In this document: one piece after another, positions 52,390-62,494 of the stretch | How positions within the stretch are numbered: the first letter of the stretch is position 1 | How the letters are laid out: every line of letters starts with the position of its first letter | Virus record (IMG/VR): IMGVR_UViG_3300025066_000004 | DNA: 64,000 nucleotides | Direction: 5' to 3' (one strand) | DNA from: an uncultured virus (IMG/VR IMGVR_UViG_3300025066_000004) | Lineage: Duplodnaviria > Heunggongvirae > Uroviricota > Caudoviricetes | The notes under the pieces: generated by a model | The model's input: only the letters and a program-made list of their open reading frames with translations | Told to the model about the DNA's origin: nothing | The model's database searches: none | Position numbers and translations under genes: made by a program

Positions 52390-55300
52390 CTACCCTAATG
52401 TCACCCAAGAGGTTCCGGTATACCCTTTAAAGTTTGTGCCATCAAATTTAATCATCCCTTTTTGAGGAGTTCCTGCAAAATCTCCGACAGCAAGGTATGA
52501 AGCGGCCCTGACACTAGGCAAAACATTAGGATCTAAAACAGACTTCCACCCATCGGAGAGGTAGTTAGAAGCAGAATCTAATCCTGCATAAATATGGATT
52601 TCCCCATTAAAAACCGCTGCACCATGACCCGTGCGACTCACAATTTCCTGATCATAGGAGTAAGCTTCTCGCCAAGTTATACCATCCTCAGAAACCCAAA
52701 CATCATCAAAGGTAGTAGAAGCATTATTCCCCCCAATAACGTACATCTTATTACTGTAGATAGTAAGAGTGTGGTTAATTCTAGGAGTAAAGGAGGCATT
52801 ACCCGTTCCACTCCCCGATTCTTGAACCCAAGTAGTGCCGTCTACAGAAGACCACACTTCGTCAGAATACCCACTCACCCATCCTCCAGTAACCCAAATC
52901 TTCCCATTGAACGAAGTAACAGCCGTACCTGTAGACGAAGAAAAGGGGTTGGAGAGACTCTGCTGAACGAAATTCTGACCAATAGAACCCTTCCAAATCT
53001 CTAAAGTACTCCCGTCCATTCCAATTACCCAAAGAACCCCGAGAAAATAAACCACTCGAACACTTACTAACCCTGGAGGATTGGTAGAGGTGTTATAGAC
53101 CCAAGTCTCCCCATCTAGTGTATACCGAAACTTAGTCTCGCCACCTGACGAATAAAAAAGGCATACATAATCCCCCGCATTTACAAGCTGGTATCCCCCT
53201 GCTGATATAGAAGAAGGGTCTCCGTCTCCTGAAAAAGTCAGCGTTTTTTCCGAGAAAGTCACGCCATCAGTCGATGAAAAAACCTGGAATACTTGGTTAG
53301 TATCCTGTCCACCAGCAATCCAAACTTCAGGAGGATTAATTGAAGCATAAGTCGTTGCAATTACCGTTGAATATACCCTAGCGACATACCCTGTTGGATT
53401 CAATGCAGTAAAGTTTATCCCGTCAGTAATAGGAGTAGAGGAATCAGTAGTAAAGGACTTCCACTCCCCTCCAACCCTGCCAGTAAAGTCAGAGCCGTCA
53501 TAGCGGATATTTCCCGCAGTAGTATCTGCGGTATTTCCAAGTGCAACCCCCGCATTAGCATTAACCTTTCCTGTTACCGTTAAAGCTAACCCCACCGTAG
53601 CCGAAGTAGTAACTTCCAGGTCTCCAGTTACTTTGACCCCCGCATCCGTAGTACGAAAATGCTCCGACGCATCCTTATGGTTAATCCTAGACCCGTCCGT
53701 ACTGCCAAACCGATACCCGATAACGTTATTCCCGCTGAGAACAACTTCATTATTCGTAGAGGTTAAATAGAGGATTCCCGTAGTATTCTTAACATAGGAA
53801 TGAGATCCATTGTGACAAAGAAACATATCACTGCTAGTACCAAAGTACTGGTAGACATTATCAGCGTAGATCTGGTTCGCACCCCAAGTATTACTCGCCG
53901 CAAGTTTAGCGTATTGGGAAATTCTAGTTGGGCCAAGAGGATCAATTACTTGAAGAATTCCTCCTGCTACCTGGAGAATCTTAGTCTCGTATACTGCGAT
54001 AGGGATCGAAGCTTCTCCATCAATTGTCCCGGTAGATGGGACAAGATTTACCGTACCCGTAATTGAGACATTTTTTACAATAATTACCTGGCCCTCTTCA
54101 AGGTTCGCCACAGTAAAATTTACATTTGTAGTAGCCGCTGCTTTTCCAGCGATAATAGTATGATGGAGATCCGTGACCGCATACTCTATCGGGTCTCCAA
54201 CCTCCCCCGTAATATCGGTGACTGCCGTAATTACATGATCCGTCGCAAACTCAAGAGCCGTGGCACCCGCATTAACTCGAACCTTTTTAAACTTGCCACT
54301 TGTAAAGTTAGCGGGGGTATCGCTCAAACTTACGAAATCCGAACCCCCTCCTCCAGAAGCGTCCTCCCAAGATGTCGTGCCGTCTCCTGCAGTAGTCAAA
54401 ACTTGGTCAGCCGTACCATTTCCTGTGGGCATCTTAAAAGAGGTAATGTCGTACAGGCTCCCAGCTCCGTTTATTTGAAGAATCTTTCCAGCGTTCCCCG
54501 CCACAAGTTTTCCAGCGGCGATGTTTCCATCAATAACTCCTTGAGCTCTAGCGGTAGTATGGTATTCGTTAGTACCTTCAGTGATATCTGAAGTTGTGGC
54601 GCTATGGGGATTCCCTGTGGTACCCCGATGAGTAGTGTTTGCAGACACATTAGCGTTAGCGTTTACTCTGGCCTCGGTGTAATAGAGGTTAGTATCCTCA
54701 GAAATATTCGCAGTAGTCGTCCCATGAGGATTCGAACCATCACTGATATCAGCATGAGCTTTTGCCGTAGTCACATCAGAATGTGCAGCGACTCGACCAT
54801 CGGCCCTGGCGTTAGTAAAGTAGAGGTTGGTAACTTCACTAATTTGAGCAGTAGTAGTTCCATGAGGGTTACTTGCCGTAAGAGCAGTATGGGCAGAGTT
54901 AGCAGCCACGTTACTATTCCCATCAACCCGACCTTCCGTGTAGTACAAATTCGTAACCTCATTTATATCCGCAGTAGTGAGAGTTACAGCGGGACCTGTG
55001 TCTCCATTGACTGAGGCAACCCCATCATTAGGGCTGTTAACTGGAACCCAACTTCCGTCTACAGAGTAATCCGGATCAGCCAGGATATAGCTCAAACCTG
55101 TGTCAGTTTGAATGGCTAAATCTCCCAATTCTGCTGTGGAGAGAGCGAGTCTTGCCGCCAAATCTGCAGGAGTAAAAACATCTGTTAAAGCTAACGAGGG
55201 CAGATAACTCGAAGGGATTTTATCGCTAACTAAAGGAGCGACTCCGTTTGTTGCCCCCCGATCAACCGCATCCATCTTCTGAGTATTAATCTTATTAGCA

Positions 55301-56487
55301 GACCATAAATCTGTACTCGCAGCACCTGCATCATTAATTGTGCGATGGAGAGTAACATCTCCAGTATGGGTGTCTAGGTTCCCCTGGACCGTACCCGCAG
55401 AACCCGCAGCATCGTAAGTGCTATCAATGTCGAAAGCTACTACAGAGTTTCCGTCCCCCGCGATTTTAAGACCGTAGTCAGCGTTATCTCCGAGAACAAC
55501 CCCTACATCAGATAACCCTTCGAAAGTAGCTCCAACAAATGTAGTTGCGGTAAGGGCTCCTCTGACCTCTAAGGCATAAGTGTTATCTGGGGCCTCCCCC
55601 TGATTTCCCCGGAACAAAGCATTCCCGTCCTCATCCATGATAAGGGTAGGTACTCCTGAAACAGGATTTTGGAGAATAGATGAGCTGGCATGAAATGGAG
55701 TAACCATGCCTTGACCCAAAAAGAAGACCTGCCGGATAGCAGGAAGAGTTTCTTCAAAAAACTCAAAGGAAGGAGACGTAGCGGTATGCATAAAACCGCC
55801 GAGGTATAGCCCCCCCGTTTTTGAAGTACCCTTTAAAACTGAGAATAACTTCCCAAGCTTTCTAGTCCAAACTATATCGGTTAAAGGAGTATCTGCCTTT
55901 GCCGTAGCATCCGCCCAATCCGCAGAGTTAGCAGTTAAAAGGAGTAATTGGCCCCCTGTAACATTTGTCAAAACTGCAGTCAAAGTATCGACACCAGCTT
56001 GGGTGGTTAAGTCGTGAGAAGTCCCGAACCCACCTGCCGTAGGAAGAGCAGTAAACGCTCCAACAGCACTGACCGTAATATCAAACTGCATTGTAGCGAC
56101 AATTCCTGCACCCAGAGCATTGCTATACTGGCTGTTACCGAGAATTACATTAACTCCAGTAGCGTCTGTCTCAACCTTCGCAGTATGAAAAAACGAAGTC
56201 CCCGCTAAATTGCCGAAAGGGTTGTCAGACCGTAAGGACTGAGCCGCCACGTTTCCAGTATCTAAAACCTTTAAAGCTTCGACACCCCCAAGAGTTTTTA
56301 GGGTTATGCCGTCAACAGTTTTAGCGAAGATATTACGCACGGAGACATCATTTGGAAAAGAGAGCGAATCTGCACTATCAAAGATAATACTCCCGGTGGC
56401 GGTAAGAGTTCCCGGAATTACTAGAGTACGGAAAGTCTGCTCTACATTCCAGTAGTTATGCTTATCAAGCAGAGTGCCTCTGCCCAT
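52390..56487 (-). CDS. Tail fibre / receptor-binding protein with internal repeats and C-terminal Kelch-like propeller
   Basis: VASVNGxTG, four T..I.E.TNLY(Y/F)T..R repeats, IWVxGG...DxVW.SxDG.TW repeats, IKFDGTNFKGY terminus. Confidence 0.85.
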   Translation of the reverse strand: MGRGTLLDKHNYWNVEQTFRTLVIPGTLTATGSIIFDSADSLSFPNDVSVRNIFAKTVDGITLKTLGGVEALKVLDTGNVAAQSLRSDNPFGNLAGTSFFHTAKVETDATGVNVILGNSQYSNALGAGIVATMQFDITVSAVGAFTALPTAGGFGTSHDLTTQAGVDTLTAVLTNVTGGQLLLLTANSADWADATAKADTPLTDIVWTRKLGKLFSVLKGTSKTGGLYLGGFMHTATSPSFEFFEETLPAIRQVFFLGQGMVTPFHASSSILQNPVSGVPTLIMDEDGNALFRGNQGEAPDNTYALEVRGALTATTFVGATFEGLSDVGVVLGDNADYGLKIAGDGNSVVAFDIDSTYDAAGSAGTVQGNLDTHTGDVTLHRTINDAGAASTDLWSANKINTQKMDAVDRGATNGVAPLVSDKIPSSYLPSLALTDVFTPADLAARLALSTAELGDLAIQTDTGLSYILADPDYSVDGSWVPVNSPNDGVASVNGDTGPAVTLTTADINEVTNLYYTEGRVDGNSNVAANSAHTALTASNPHGTTTAQISEVTNLYFTNARADGRVAAHSDVTTAKAHADISDGSNPHGTTTANISEDTNLYYTEARVNANANVSANTTHRGTTGNPHSATTSDITEGTNEYHTTARAQGVIDGNIAAGKLVAGNAGKILQINGAGSLYDITSFKMPTGNGTADQVLTTAGDGTTSWEDASGGGGSDFVSLSDTPANFTSGKFKKVRVNAGATALEFATDHVITAVTDITGEVGDPIEYAVTDLHHTIIAGKAAATTNVNFTVANLEEGQVIIVKNVSITGTVNLVPSTGTIDGEASIPIAVYETKILQVAGGILQVIDPLGPTRISQYAKLAASNTWGANQIYADNVYQYFGTSSDMFLCHNGSHSYVKNTTGILYLTSTNNEVVLSGNNVIGYRFGSTDGSRINHKDASEHFRTTDAGVKVTGDLEVTTSATVGLALTVTGKVNANAGVALGNTADTTAGNIRYDGSDFTGRVGGEWKSFTTDSSTPITDGINFTALNPTGYVARVYSTVIATTYASINPPEVWIAGGQDTNQVFQVFSSTDGVTFSEKTLTFSGDGDPSSISAGGYQLVNAGDYVCLFYSSGGETKFRYTLDGETWVYNTSTNPPGLVSVRVVYFLGVLWVIGMDGSTLEIWKGSIGQNFVQQSLSNPFSSSTGTAVTSFNGKIWVTGGWVSGYSDEVWSSVDGTTWVQESGSGTGNASFTPRINHTLTIYSNKMYVIGGNNASTTFDDVWVSEDGITWREAYSYDQEIVSRTGHGAAVFNGEIHIYAGLDSASNYLSDGWKSVLDPNVLPSVRAASYLAVGDFAGTPQKGMIKFDGTNFKGYTGTSWVTLG

Positions 56488-56519
56488 AAGGACTCCTTTT
56501 TATTTACGAGTTACTTAAC

Positions 56520-56897
56520 TTACGCAATAGTTGCGCCAACAGCACCCAAAGCAACCCAATTACCATTTACAAACTTTAAGATTGCGGATTGTCCGTCTCC
56601 ATCAAAAGTAATTGTGGTAAAGCCCAGGAAGTTAGCAGGAGTTAGAACAATGTCCTCTCCTACTGCCGCATCTTCTGCAATTAAAGTCATCGTAAACCCA
56701 GGATGACGAGCATCTGCTAACGTCATTGCGAGACTAGCATCCCCGCCTGTAGGATTTTTAAATCTGACTAATGGACAATTTGGATCAATGGCCCCGTCTG
56801 CGTCATAGAGAATACTTCTCTCTCCAGCCGTCCCGCCTTGTATAAGTTGAACCTTATCAAACTTATTTACCTTATCAGTAACTACACCTCTACTCAT
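56520..56897 (-). CDS. Hypothetical virion protein
   Basis: ATG 56897 with AAGGAG SD; TITFD..G.SAIL.F..G.W. Confidence 0.65.
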   Translation of the reverse strand: MSRGVVTDKVNKFDKVQLIQGGTAGERSILYDADGAIDPNCPLVRFKNPTGGDASLAMTLADARHPGFTMTLIAEDAAVGEDIVLTPANFLGFTTITFDGDGQSAILKFVNGNWVALGAVGATIA

Positions 56898-57210
56898 GAT
56901 CTTCTCCTTGCAGTTTTTCTGCCTCTCGCTCTGCCTCGATATCTCTTCGAATTTTCTCGACTTCTTGAGCCAGGGCTCCATTTTTTGTATCTTGCCAGCT
57001 TAACAGCTCGTCATAAAGACGGGTTGCTAAAACACAATATAAAGTATTTTGGCTATCACCAGCAAACGCAGACTCCTGCGCTGCTACGAGTTGGTCATCT
57101 TTTCGATCCTGTAAGTACCGGAATAATGACCGGTAATTCCCGCTACTTAGATTCCTTGCTAGATCCAGAAGAAGATCGAGCTTTTGACTTGGACTCAGAA
57201 GATTTGTCAT
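56890..57210 (-). CDS. Small helical protein downstream of portal
   Basis: Typical position after podoviral portal; overlaps portal end. Confidence 0.6.
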   Translation of the reverse strand: MTNLLSPSQKLDLLLDLARNLSSGNYRSLFRYLQDRKDDQLVAAQESAFAGDSQNTLYCVLATRLYDELLSWQDTKNGALAQEVEKIRRDIEAEREAEKLQGEDHE

Positions 57211-59455
57211 TTTTTGCCTTTTCTTTAGTCATCTTGAGCTCTGCTCGAAGGATGTCGAGTTCTTGCTCATGGACGGCTCTTTGATTTTTCATCTCTTGAT
57301 TGAGATTTTTATTTTCAACTTGCTCAAGATTTAACCGAGCCTCCACAGGCACTTTAGCCTGAAGCTCTGCATTTTTTAATTTCGTAGAATCAAGTTCTTT
57401 CTCAGTTTGTTCGAGCTCTTTCAGAGTGCTCTCCCCTTGCTGCTGCATTTGCTCCATTTGCTGACCCATCTCTTGCAACTGCTGGTTCATTATGTCTAAC
57501 TGAGAGGAAAGCTCAGGGGTGTTTAAGATCTTGTCTTTATCAAACCCGATCCCCTCCATAGACATTGTAAGGATATTTTTCCAGTTAAAGGAGTTTCGGA
57601 TATCTGGGTTGAATTCTAAAAGAGCTGGAGTCATCTGAAGAAGCTCTGTAACCATTTGCTTATTCAGGAGCTGAAGAGCGAAAGTCTCGGCACCATAAAC
57701 CGTGATATTCGCATCCACTAAGCCCTCATCCTCGGTAGCCGGATCATTCTGAAGGTAATGGTAGGTGCAGGATAAATCCCTCGAGATGATCTCTTGGTCA
57801 AAAGACCTTCGAATATCGAGCAAGATAACCTGAGCACTATTCAAATTCTGGGTAACTTCAGTTGCAGTTTGATGAGCCTGTTGAGTAACTCCAACTAAAT
57901 TAGACGGGATCAAAGTAAGTTCATCTAACAACAACTCGAGTTTATCGAATAGTGCCATCAACTCTGCGCTAACTGATTCGAATTTAAGTTGGCTTAAAGC
58001 CCCACCCTGAGGACCCGCCCCTCGAACAAGAGTGCTACCAGGCTTAAACCGAACTTTCCCACCCGGGCGAAAGATCAGAGTTTGCTCGTCTACTACCGCA
58101 GGGTCGTAGGTAAACATCGCAGACCCTACGATAGTCGCGTTATCCTTTGATCGACTCCACAAATTTGACATAGCTCGGGCCGCTTCTCGCCCAAGAGCCA
58201 TCACCCCAAACCCGTAATTTGTGTCCTCAACAGGAATCATCCTGTTGTAAGCAAGAGGACGTTTCCTGTCTGCCATGTAATTCGGGGAAGCGTAGATTAA
58301 CTTGTCATTTAGGAAAATCAGGTTCACCTCAAAAGAGGAGAAGTCTCGATCATAGTCTTTTTGAGAATGTTCCTTAACCAACATCGCTTGGAGTTCTCGC
58401 AGAATTTCAGTGGTCCCAGACTTCGCCCATTCATCTAAATTATCTGAGGTAATAGACCCCCAGAATTTTTTAAGAATAAAAGGCTGAGTATCTGTAGAAA
58501 TAGAGGATTCTTGGAGACTGGAGGCCCCTTCATCCGAAGCCGGGGGCCCAGAGGGAGAATTTAAGGTTAGCGAAGACTCAGCCCCAAGGATAGAACGGAT
58601 TTGTTCAAAGTCCCAGTTCCCTTTGCGGCCTAAAAACTCCGCCACTTGAGTTGAGTTAACCCGCTCTTTAACAAAACTCCCAAGACCATTCTGAGGATTA
58701 CCTGAAGCATGAGGGTCTAAGAAAACATTATATGGACTGACTCTCGCCTGTCCAACGATAAATGAGTCCTTGAACGAAGGCTTAGATACAAGATCTAAAG
58801 ACTCCTGACCCCCATCCTCGACTGATATAACATTTGTTTCGTAGTTTCGAACCCGTTTATTTTCTCGGATTCCCAACTCCATTGCACAGACCCCGTATTT
58901 AGCCAGGTCTTCAATACACTGGTGATATGTTTCCTCTGCACGGGATTCTTGCTTATGGTCGAGTACTTGTTTTTCAGCCTTCTCAAGCCTTCGCTCAACC
59001 TTATCAACTAATTGCCGTACCATCTCCTCTGGAGGGGATTCCCCATTTACAAGGAGTTTACCTTTTCTATGCTGCTCTTCGACATCAGACTCTTCAGTAA
59101 GGGCTAAAGATCCAGTAACCCGACCATCCTTTGTTAAGTTCTGATAAAGATGGGCCACCATCGCAACACACTTTGCACGAAGTTTCATCCCCCCAATATG
59201 AGTATCGTCTTTCCACCGATTAGGATCGTGGGAAGGACTGACGCCATAGACACTGCCAACCCATTTCCGGTAGTTAGACTTAGACGAGTCAACTCCTCCA
59301 AGAGGAAGAGCTAAAAAATCAACATCATCATGCTGAAATACCTCGTGCATCCAACTATTCCCAGAAACAAATTGATCATAGAGGGAAAGGTAGTGATCCT
59401 CTAATGGACTCTTCTCAGAAAAAACATAAGACTTATTCGGTTTGTCTTCAGGCAT
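57143..59455 (-). CDS. Portal protein
   Basis: Follows TerL; YGV..M, VSPYNVFLDP, YGFG, TATEV, C-terminal coiled-coil barrel. Confidence 0.85.
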   Translation of the reverse strand: MPEDKPNKSYVFSEKSPLEDHYLSLYDQFVSGNSWMHEVFQHDDVDFLALPLGGVDSSKSNYRKWVGSVYGVSPSHDPNRWKDDTHIGGMKLRAKCVAMVAHLYQNLTKDGRVTGSLALTEESDVEEQHRKGKLLVNGESPPEEMVRQLVDKVERRLEKAEKQVLDHKQESRAEETYHQCIEDLAKYGVCAMELGIRENKRVRNYETNVISVEDGGQESLDLVSKPSFKDSFIVGQARVSPYNVFLDPHASGNPQNGLGSFVKERVNSTQVAEFLGRKGNWDFEQIRSILGAESSLTLNSPSGPPASDEGASSLQESSISTDTQPFILKKFWGSITSDNLDEWAKSGTTEILRELQAMLVKEHSQKDYDRDFSSFEVNLIFLNDKLIYASPNYMADRKRPLAYNRMIPVEDTNYGFGVMALGREAARAMSNLWSRSKDNATIVGSAMFTYDPAVVDEQTLIFRPGGKVRFKPGSTLVRGAGPQGGALSQLKFESVSAELMALFDKLELLLDELTLIPSNLVGVTQQAHQTATEVTQNLNSAQVILLDIRRSFDQEIISRDLSCTYHYLQNDPATEDEGLVDANITVYGAETFALQLLNKQMVTELLQMTPALLEFNPDIRNSFNWKNILTMSMEGIGFDKDKILNTPELSSQLDIMNQQLQEMGQQMEQMQQQGESTLKELEQTEKELDSTKLKNAELQAKVPVEARLNLEQVENKNLNQEMKNQRAVHEQELDILRAELKMTKEKAKNDKSSESKSKARSSSGSSKESK

Positions 59456-59460
59456 ATTTT

Positions 59461-61710
59461 TTAGTCATCGTAACCATCTGAGGGCCTTAGATGGGATGGA
59501 GTTACTCCCTCAAACGACGTTGAGTCAAAGATACTGTCATATCGGAGTTGGTCAAGCTGCTCTTGCGAAATTTTTTGTTTTGTAGTCTTCTCAATCACAA
59601 ACTCTCCACGCATCATAGGAGAGACTCCCGTTAGTAAACAGTCTACCAGGGAGAGCTCTTGACTTCGTGCAAAAACTCCGGCTCCAGTTAAATCTCGCTT
59701 TACAAAGGGTAGCACCCTCCAGAGATTTTTACAATTTGACGTAATTATAAGAGGCTTTGCCGCATCACGAAGCTGTTGCTTTAAAAAGGGCACAGACAAA
59801 CGATGATCGGGAGGAACAGGGATTACCACATCTCCCGTTTTAGTCATTTCTGTTAAATTTGACTGAGAAATTGAGTTAAATTCTTCTGACTCTTGTAAAT
59901 AGTATACATAATCTGAGGAGATATTGAAGTTAGTTTCTAATTCTCTTATAAAACTTTGCACTTCCGCAACAGAATAAGAGGCACCTTTAAAGGAAGGATG
60001 GAGACTTGGGTCAACCCCATAGAGCTCTGCGAAAACAATAGGGGTGTTATGGAAAAAGTTATACCCAGCGATGGAACTTTCCGAATGTGCTCGAGTCAGC
60101 CAGAGCACTGAGAAGGGGTCCCCATTCGCAGGGATATTCACAGCCCGAACAATAGGCCAGTTACAGGGAGGACGGAAAGAAGGAAAAAAGTTCTTGTTTC
60201 CGATATCCTCCCCGAACATTGCATCAGCCATTAAATTCAGTAAAAATCTCAAGAGCTGGGAAAGGGAATCTACTTGATCGTCATGTTTAGCATTAGGGAA
60301 TTTTTTCAATTCGTCAATAAAATCTGTAAGCCAGGGAGCGTTTCTAGGAAGCTTAACTCGCCCCGCCTCAATAAGAGAAGTGACGGACATGGCTCTTGCA
60401 AGCTTACTATCCCCCCGAACATGAAACGGTTCAACTGGAAGAATAGTCTGTTTCAAGTCTTCTACCAGATCAATTCCAGAGGATTTATATTCAATTACAA
60501 CCTTGTGAGGACGATGCTCCTTGTACTCATCCAAAATCAACTGTTTTAGATCCGGATAAGTAAACTTCCCCCGGGTGAGATCTGTCAGGTAAACATTCAG
60601 ACCATCAAATACAGCAGTGATCCCCACCGAAGGGTCGGAAGACTCGTTACGAGTCGAACCAGTATCCCAAGACTGAACAGAGAATACAACATTAGAAGGA
60701 AGATCAGAATCTCCGTAATACGTCCACCACTGCTCTTTGAAGATTTCTCCTTCTTCAATAGAGGGGCGCTGTTGGTACAAGGCAACAAAGTCTGGTTCAT
60801 CTACAGCTCTTATCGACAGATATCGGTCTAGGGGAAACTTACGAGGGTAGAGCGGCGCACCTTTTTTGCGTGAAAAGAACTCTGAGCCAAGTCTTTCTTG
60901 GTAGTCAGGGTTGAAAATTTGAAACTTCTCATCCTTCTCAGCGATAGCAGGGAGAGACAAGACCTCCCAATTCTCGTTAAACCGATCAGAATCTGAATCT
61001 GGGGCGAGTGCAGTCTCCATCTCCTTAGCAAGAAGCCTCCCTGCCAAGTCATCTTCGTGCCATCTTGTCATAATCAAAACTACCGCCGACCTTCTTTCCT
61101 CTAAACGGGTGTAAGCTACAGCGGTATACCAGTCCCAAATTCTATCGCGGATAGTCTTACTGTTGGCCTCAGCCCTGTCTTTCACAGGATCATCAATGAT
61201 GAAAACGTGGGCCCCTTTTCCTGTCGCAGATCCCCCAACGGAAGTCCCAAAATACTTAGAACGACGGGTCCTATTGTTCACCTGGTGATAGACCTCCCAG
61301 TCTGTTCTGGCAGATGCATCTTGAGAAAGGGAGGCTTGAGGGAAAACCTCCTTAAATTCGGCACTTTGGACGTAATTCCGGGCGTCTTTTCCGAAAGATG
61401 CTGCCAATTCCGCAGAATACGTGGACGCGATAACCTCTTTTTGGGCATTTCTGCCCAAAAACCAAGACGGAAACAGCCTAGAACTGAGCTCAGTCTTCCC
61501 ATGCCGGGGAGGCATGAAGATCATGAGCCGGGGGATATCCCCTCTTTCTGCAGCCTCTAGTCGGTCTGCAATAAGGTAATGGAAGGGCTCAGGATGGTAA
61601 GAATCTAGCATTAAAAGAGCATAATCTATGAGATTACCTCTAGCTTTTACCACTCTAAGCTTCCTTAAAGTCTCAAGTTTCTGGGCAATTTCTAAGGAAT
61701 CATCTGGCAT
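59461..61710 (-). CDS. terL: Terminase large subunit with extra C-terminal degenerate nuclease-like domain
   Basis: MPPRHGKTE, IIDDPVK, MTRWHEDDLAG, LYQQRP, SWDT, HDDQVD; ~250-aa extension. Confidence 0.95.
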   Translation of the reverse strand: MPDDSLEIAQKLETLRKLRVVKARGNLIDYALLMLDSYHPEPFHYLIADRLEAAERGDIPRLMIFMPPRHGKTELSSRLFPSWFLGRNAQKEVIASTYSAELAASFGKDARNYVQSAEFKEVFPQASLSQDASARTDWEVYHQVNNRTRRSKYFGTSVGGSATGKGAHVFIIDDPVKDRAEANSKTIRDRIWDWYTAVAYTRLEERRSAVVLIMTRWHEDDLAGRLLAKEMETALAPDSDSDRFNENWEVLSLPAIAEKDEKFQIFNPDYQERLGSEFFSRKKGAPLYPRKFPLDRYLSIRAVDEPDFVALYQQRPSIEEGEIFKEQWWTYYGDSDLPSNVVFSVQSWDTGSTRNESSDPSVGITAVFDGLNVYLTDLTRGKFTYPDLKQLILDEYKEHRPHKVVIEYKSSGIDLVEDLKQTILPVEPFHVRGDSKLARAMSVTSLIEAGRVKLPRNAPWLTDFIDELKKFPNAKHDDQVDSLSQLLRFLLNLMADAMFGEDIGNKNFFPSFRPPCNWPIVRAVNIPANGDPFSVLWLTRAHSESSIAGYNFFHNTPIVFAELYGVDPSLHPSFKGASYSVAEVQSFIRELETNFNISSDYVYYLQESEEFNSISQSNLTEMTKTGDVVIPVPPDHRLSVPFLKQQLRDAAKPLIITSNCKNLWRVLPFVKRDLTGAGVFARSQELSLVDCLLTGVSPMMRGEFVIEKTTKQKISQEQLDQLRYDSIFDSTSFEGVTPSHLRPSDGYDD

Positions 61711-61743
61711 TATTCTCTAATTTTAAAGGTTTTTTAGAATTTG

Positions 61744-61950
61744 TTAATAGATTTTGAAGAATCTGAGATCCTCTATCCCAGAGCACGATTCTTCTACATC
61801 GAAGGTATATTCTCCAGATAATAGGTCATGAGAGAACGAGTCAAAATGGTCCCGATTACGGAAATTCAGGTACTCATATACGAATTTCGGGGGCCCTTGA
61901 GCCTCGTATACCTTGGTAAAGGTCATGAGATAACACCTAGGATCATGCAA
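61744..61950 (-). CDS. Small hypothetical protein upstream of terL
   Basis: GAGGAGG SD before TTG; TAGAAT upstream. Confidence 0.55.
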   Translation of the reverse strand: MHDPRCYLMTFTKVYEAQGPPKFVYEYLNFRNRDHFDSFSHDLLSGEYTFDVEESCSGIEDLRFFKIY

Positions 61951-62087
61951 AATACGCCTCCTCAGAACCCTATTCTACACTATCCGGTACTAGAACCTCC
62001 ATTCTGGGCAATAAGCTCTCAGAGTCCTTCCTACGGCAAATGGGTGGGTGTTATACCCCGTGGCAGGTATGTGGGATGCTGGAAATT

Positions 62088-62195
62088 CAAGGTATCCGTA
62101 GATAGTCAGTAGAACTGGCCTTTCGGGACGAAGCCTCCTCCGGAGGTGCCCAGAGGGCATCCCGAAGGGCCCAGTCTACTTGCTAGATACCCTTG
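62088..62195. other. Multibranched inverted-repeat structure in divergent intergenic region
   Basis: Nested stems 62088-96/62186-95, 62108-18/62171-80, 62119-28/62160-69 capped by two mini-hairpins. Confidence 0.65.
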
Positions 62196-62310
62196 GGTAG
62201 TGGGTAGGTTCATACTATATAAGAGCCCTCCAAACTCCCTACCCCTGTAACCCGCTCCCAGAGCGGTTCTCCAAGATCCGGTAGTTTTTGGTAGTTCCAC
62301 CCTCCCTACC

Positions 62311-62340
62311 TTGACCACATACCCTCAAAAATGCTATCAT
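62311..62340 (+). promoter_or_regulatory. sigma70-type promoter for the helicase gene
   Basis: TTGACC-N18-TATCAT with TG extended -10. Confidence 0.65.
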
Positions 62341-62346
62341 ATTCAT

Positions 62347-62494
62347 ATGACCGAAAACTCACTGCCACTAAAAATGTAACCCGGTTCTGAGAGGCTTCCT
62401 CTCCAGCGAGCAGATTTAGTGTTTTCGGTCAATCTCACTTTACGTTCTTGTGAGGTTTCTCAGAACCTGGGTTTTTAACAAAGGATTGACCTCC
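62347..62494 (+). promoter_or_regulatory. Structured 5' leader with crossing/alternative stems and a 10-codon mini-ORF
   Basis: 62348-58 pairs 62421-31; 62378-92 pairs 62458-73; ATG 62347 to TAA 62379. Confidence 0.55.

Noticed and set aside
24912..61560. Many short + strand ORFs antisense to structural genes, and short - strand ORFs in the early arm
   Set aside because: Shadow frames of long genes without SD or recognisable motifs
62088..62195. tRNA gene
   Set aside because: Branched but lacks D-loop, TTC T-loop and anticodon arm geometry
61828..62318. ORFs 61828..62112 (+) and 62106..62318 (-)
   Set aside because: Overlap a better-supported gene or the palindromic region; atypical composition
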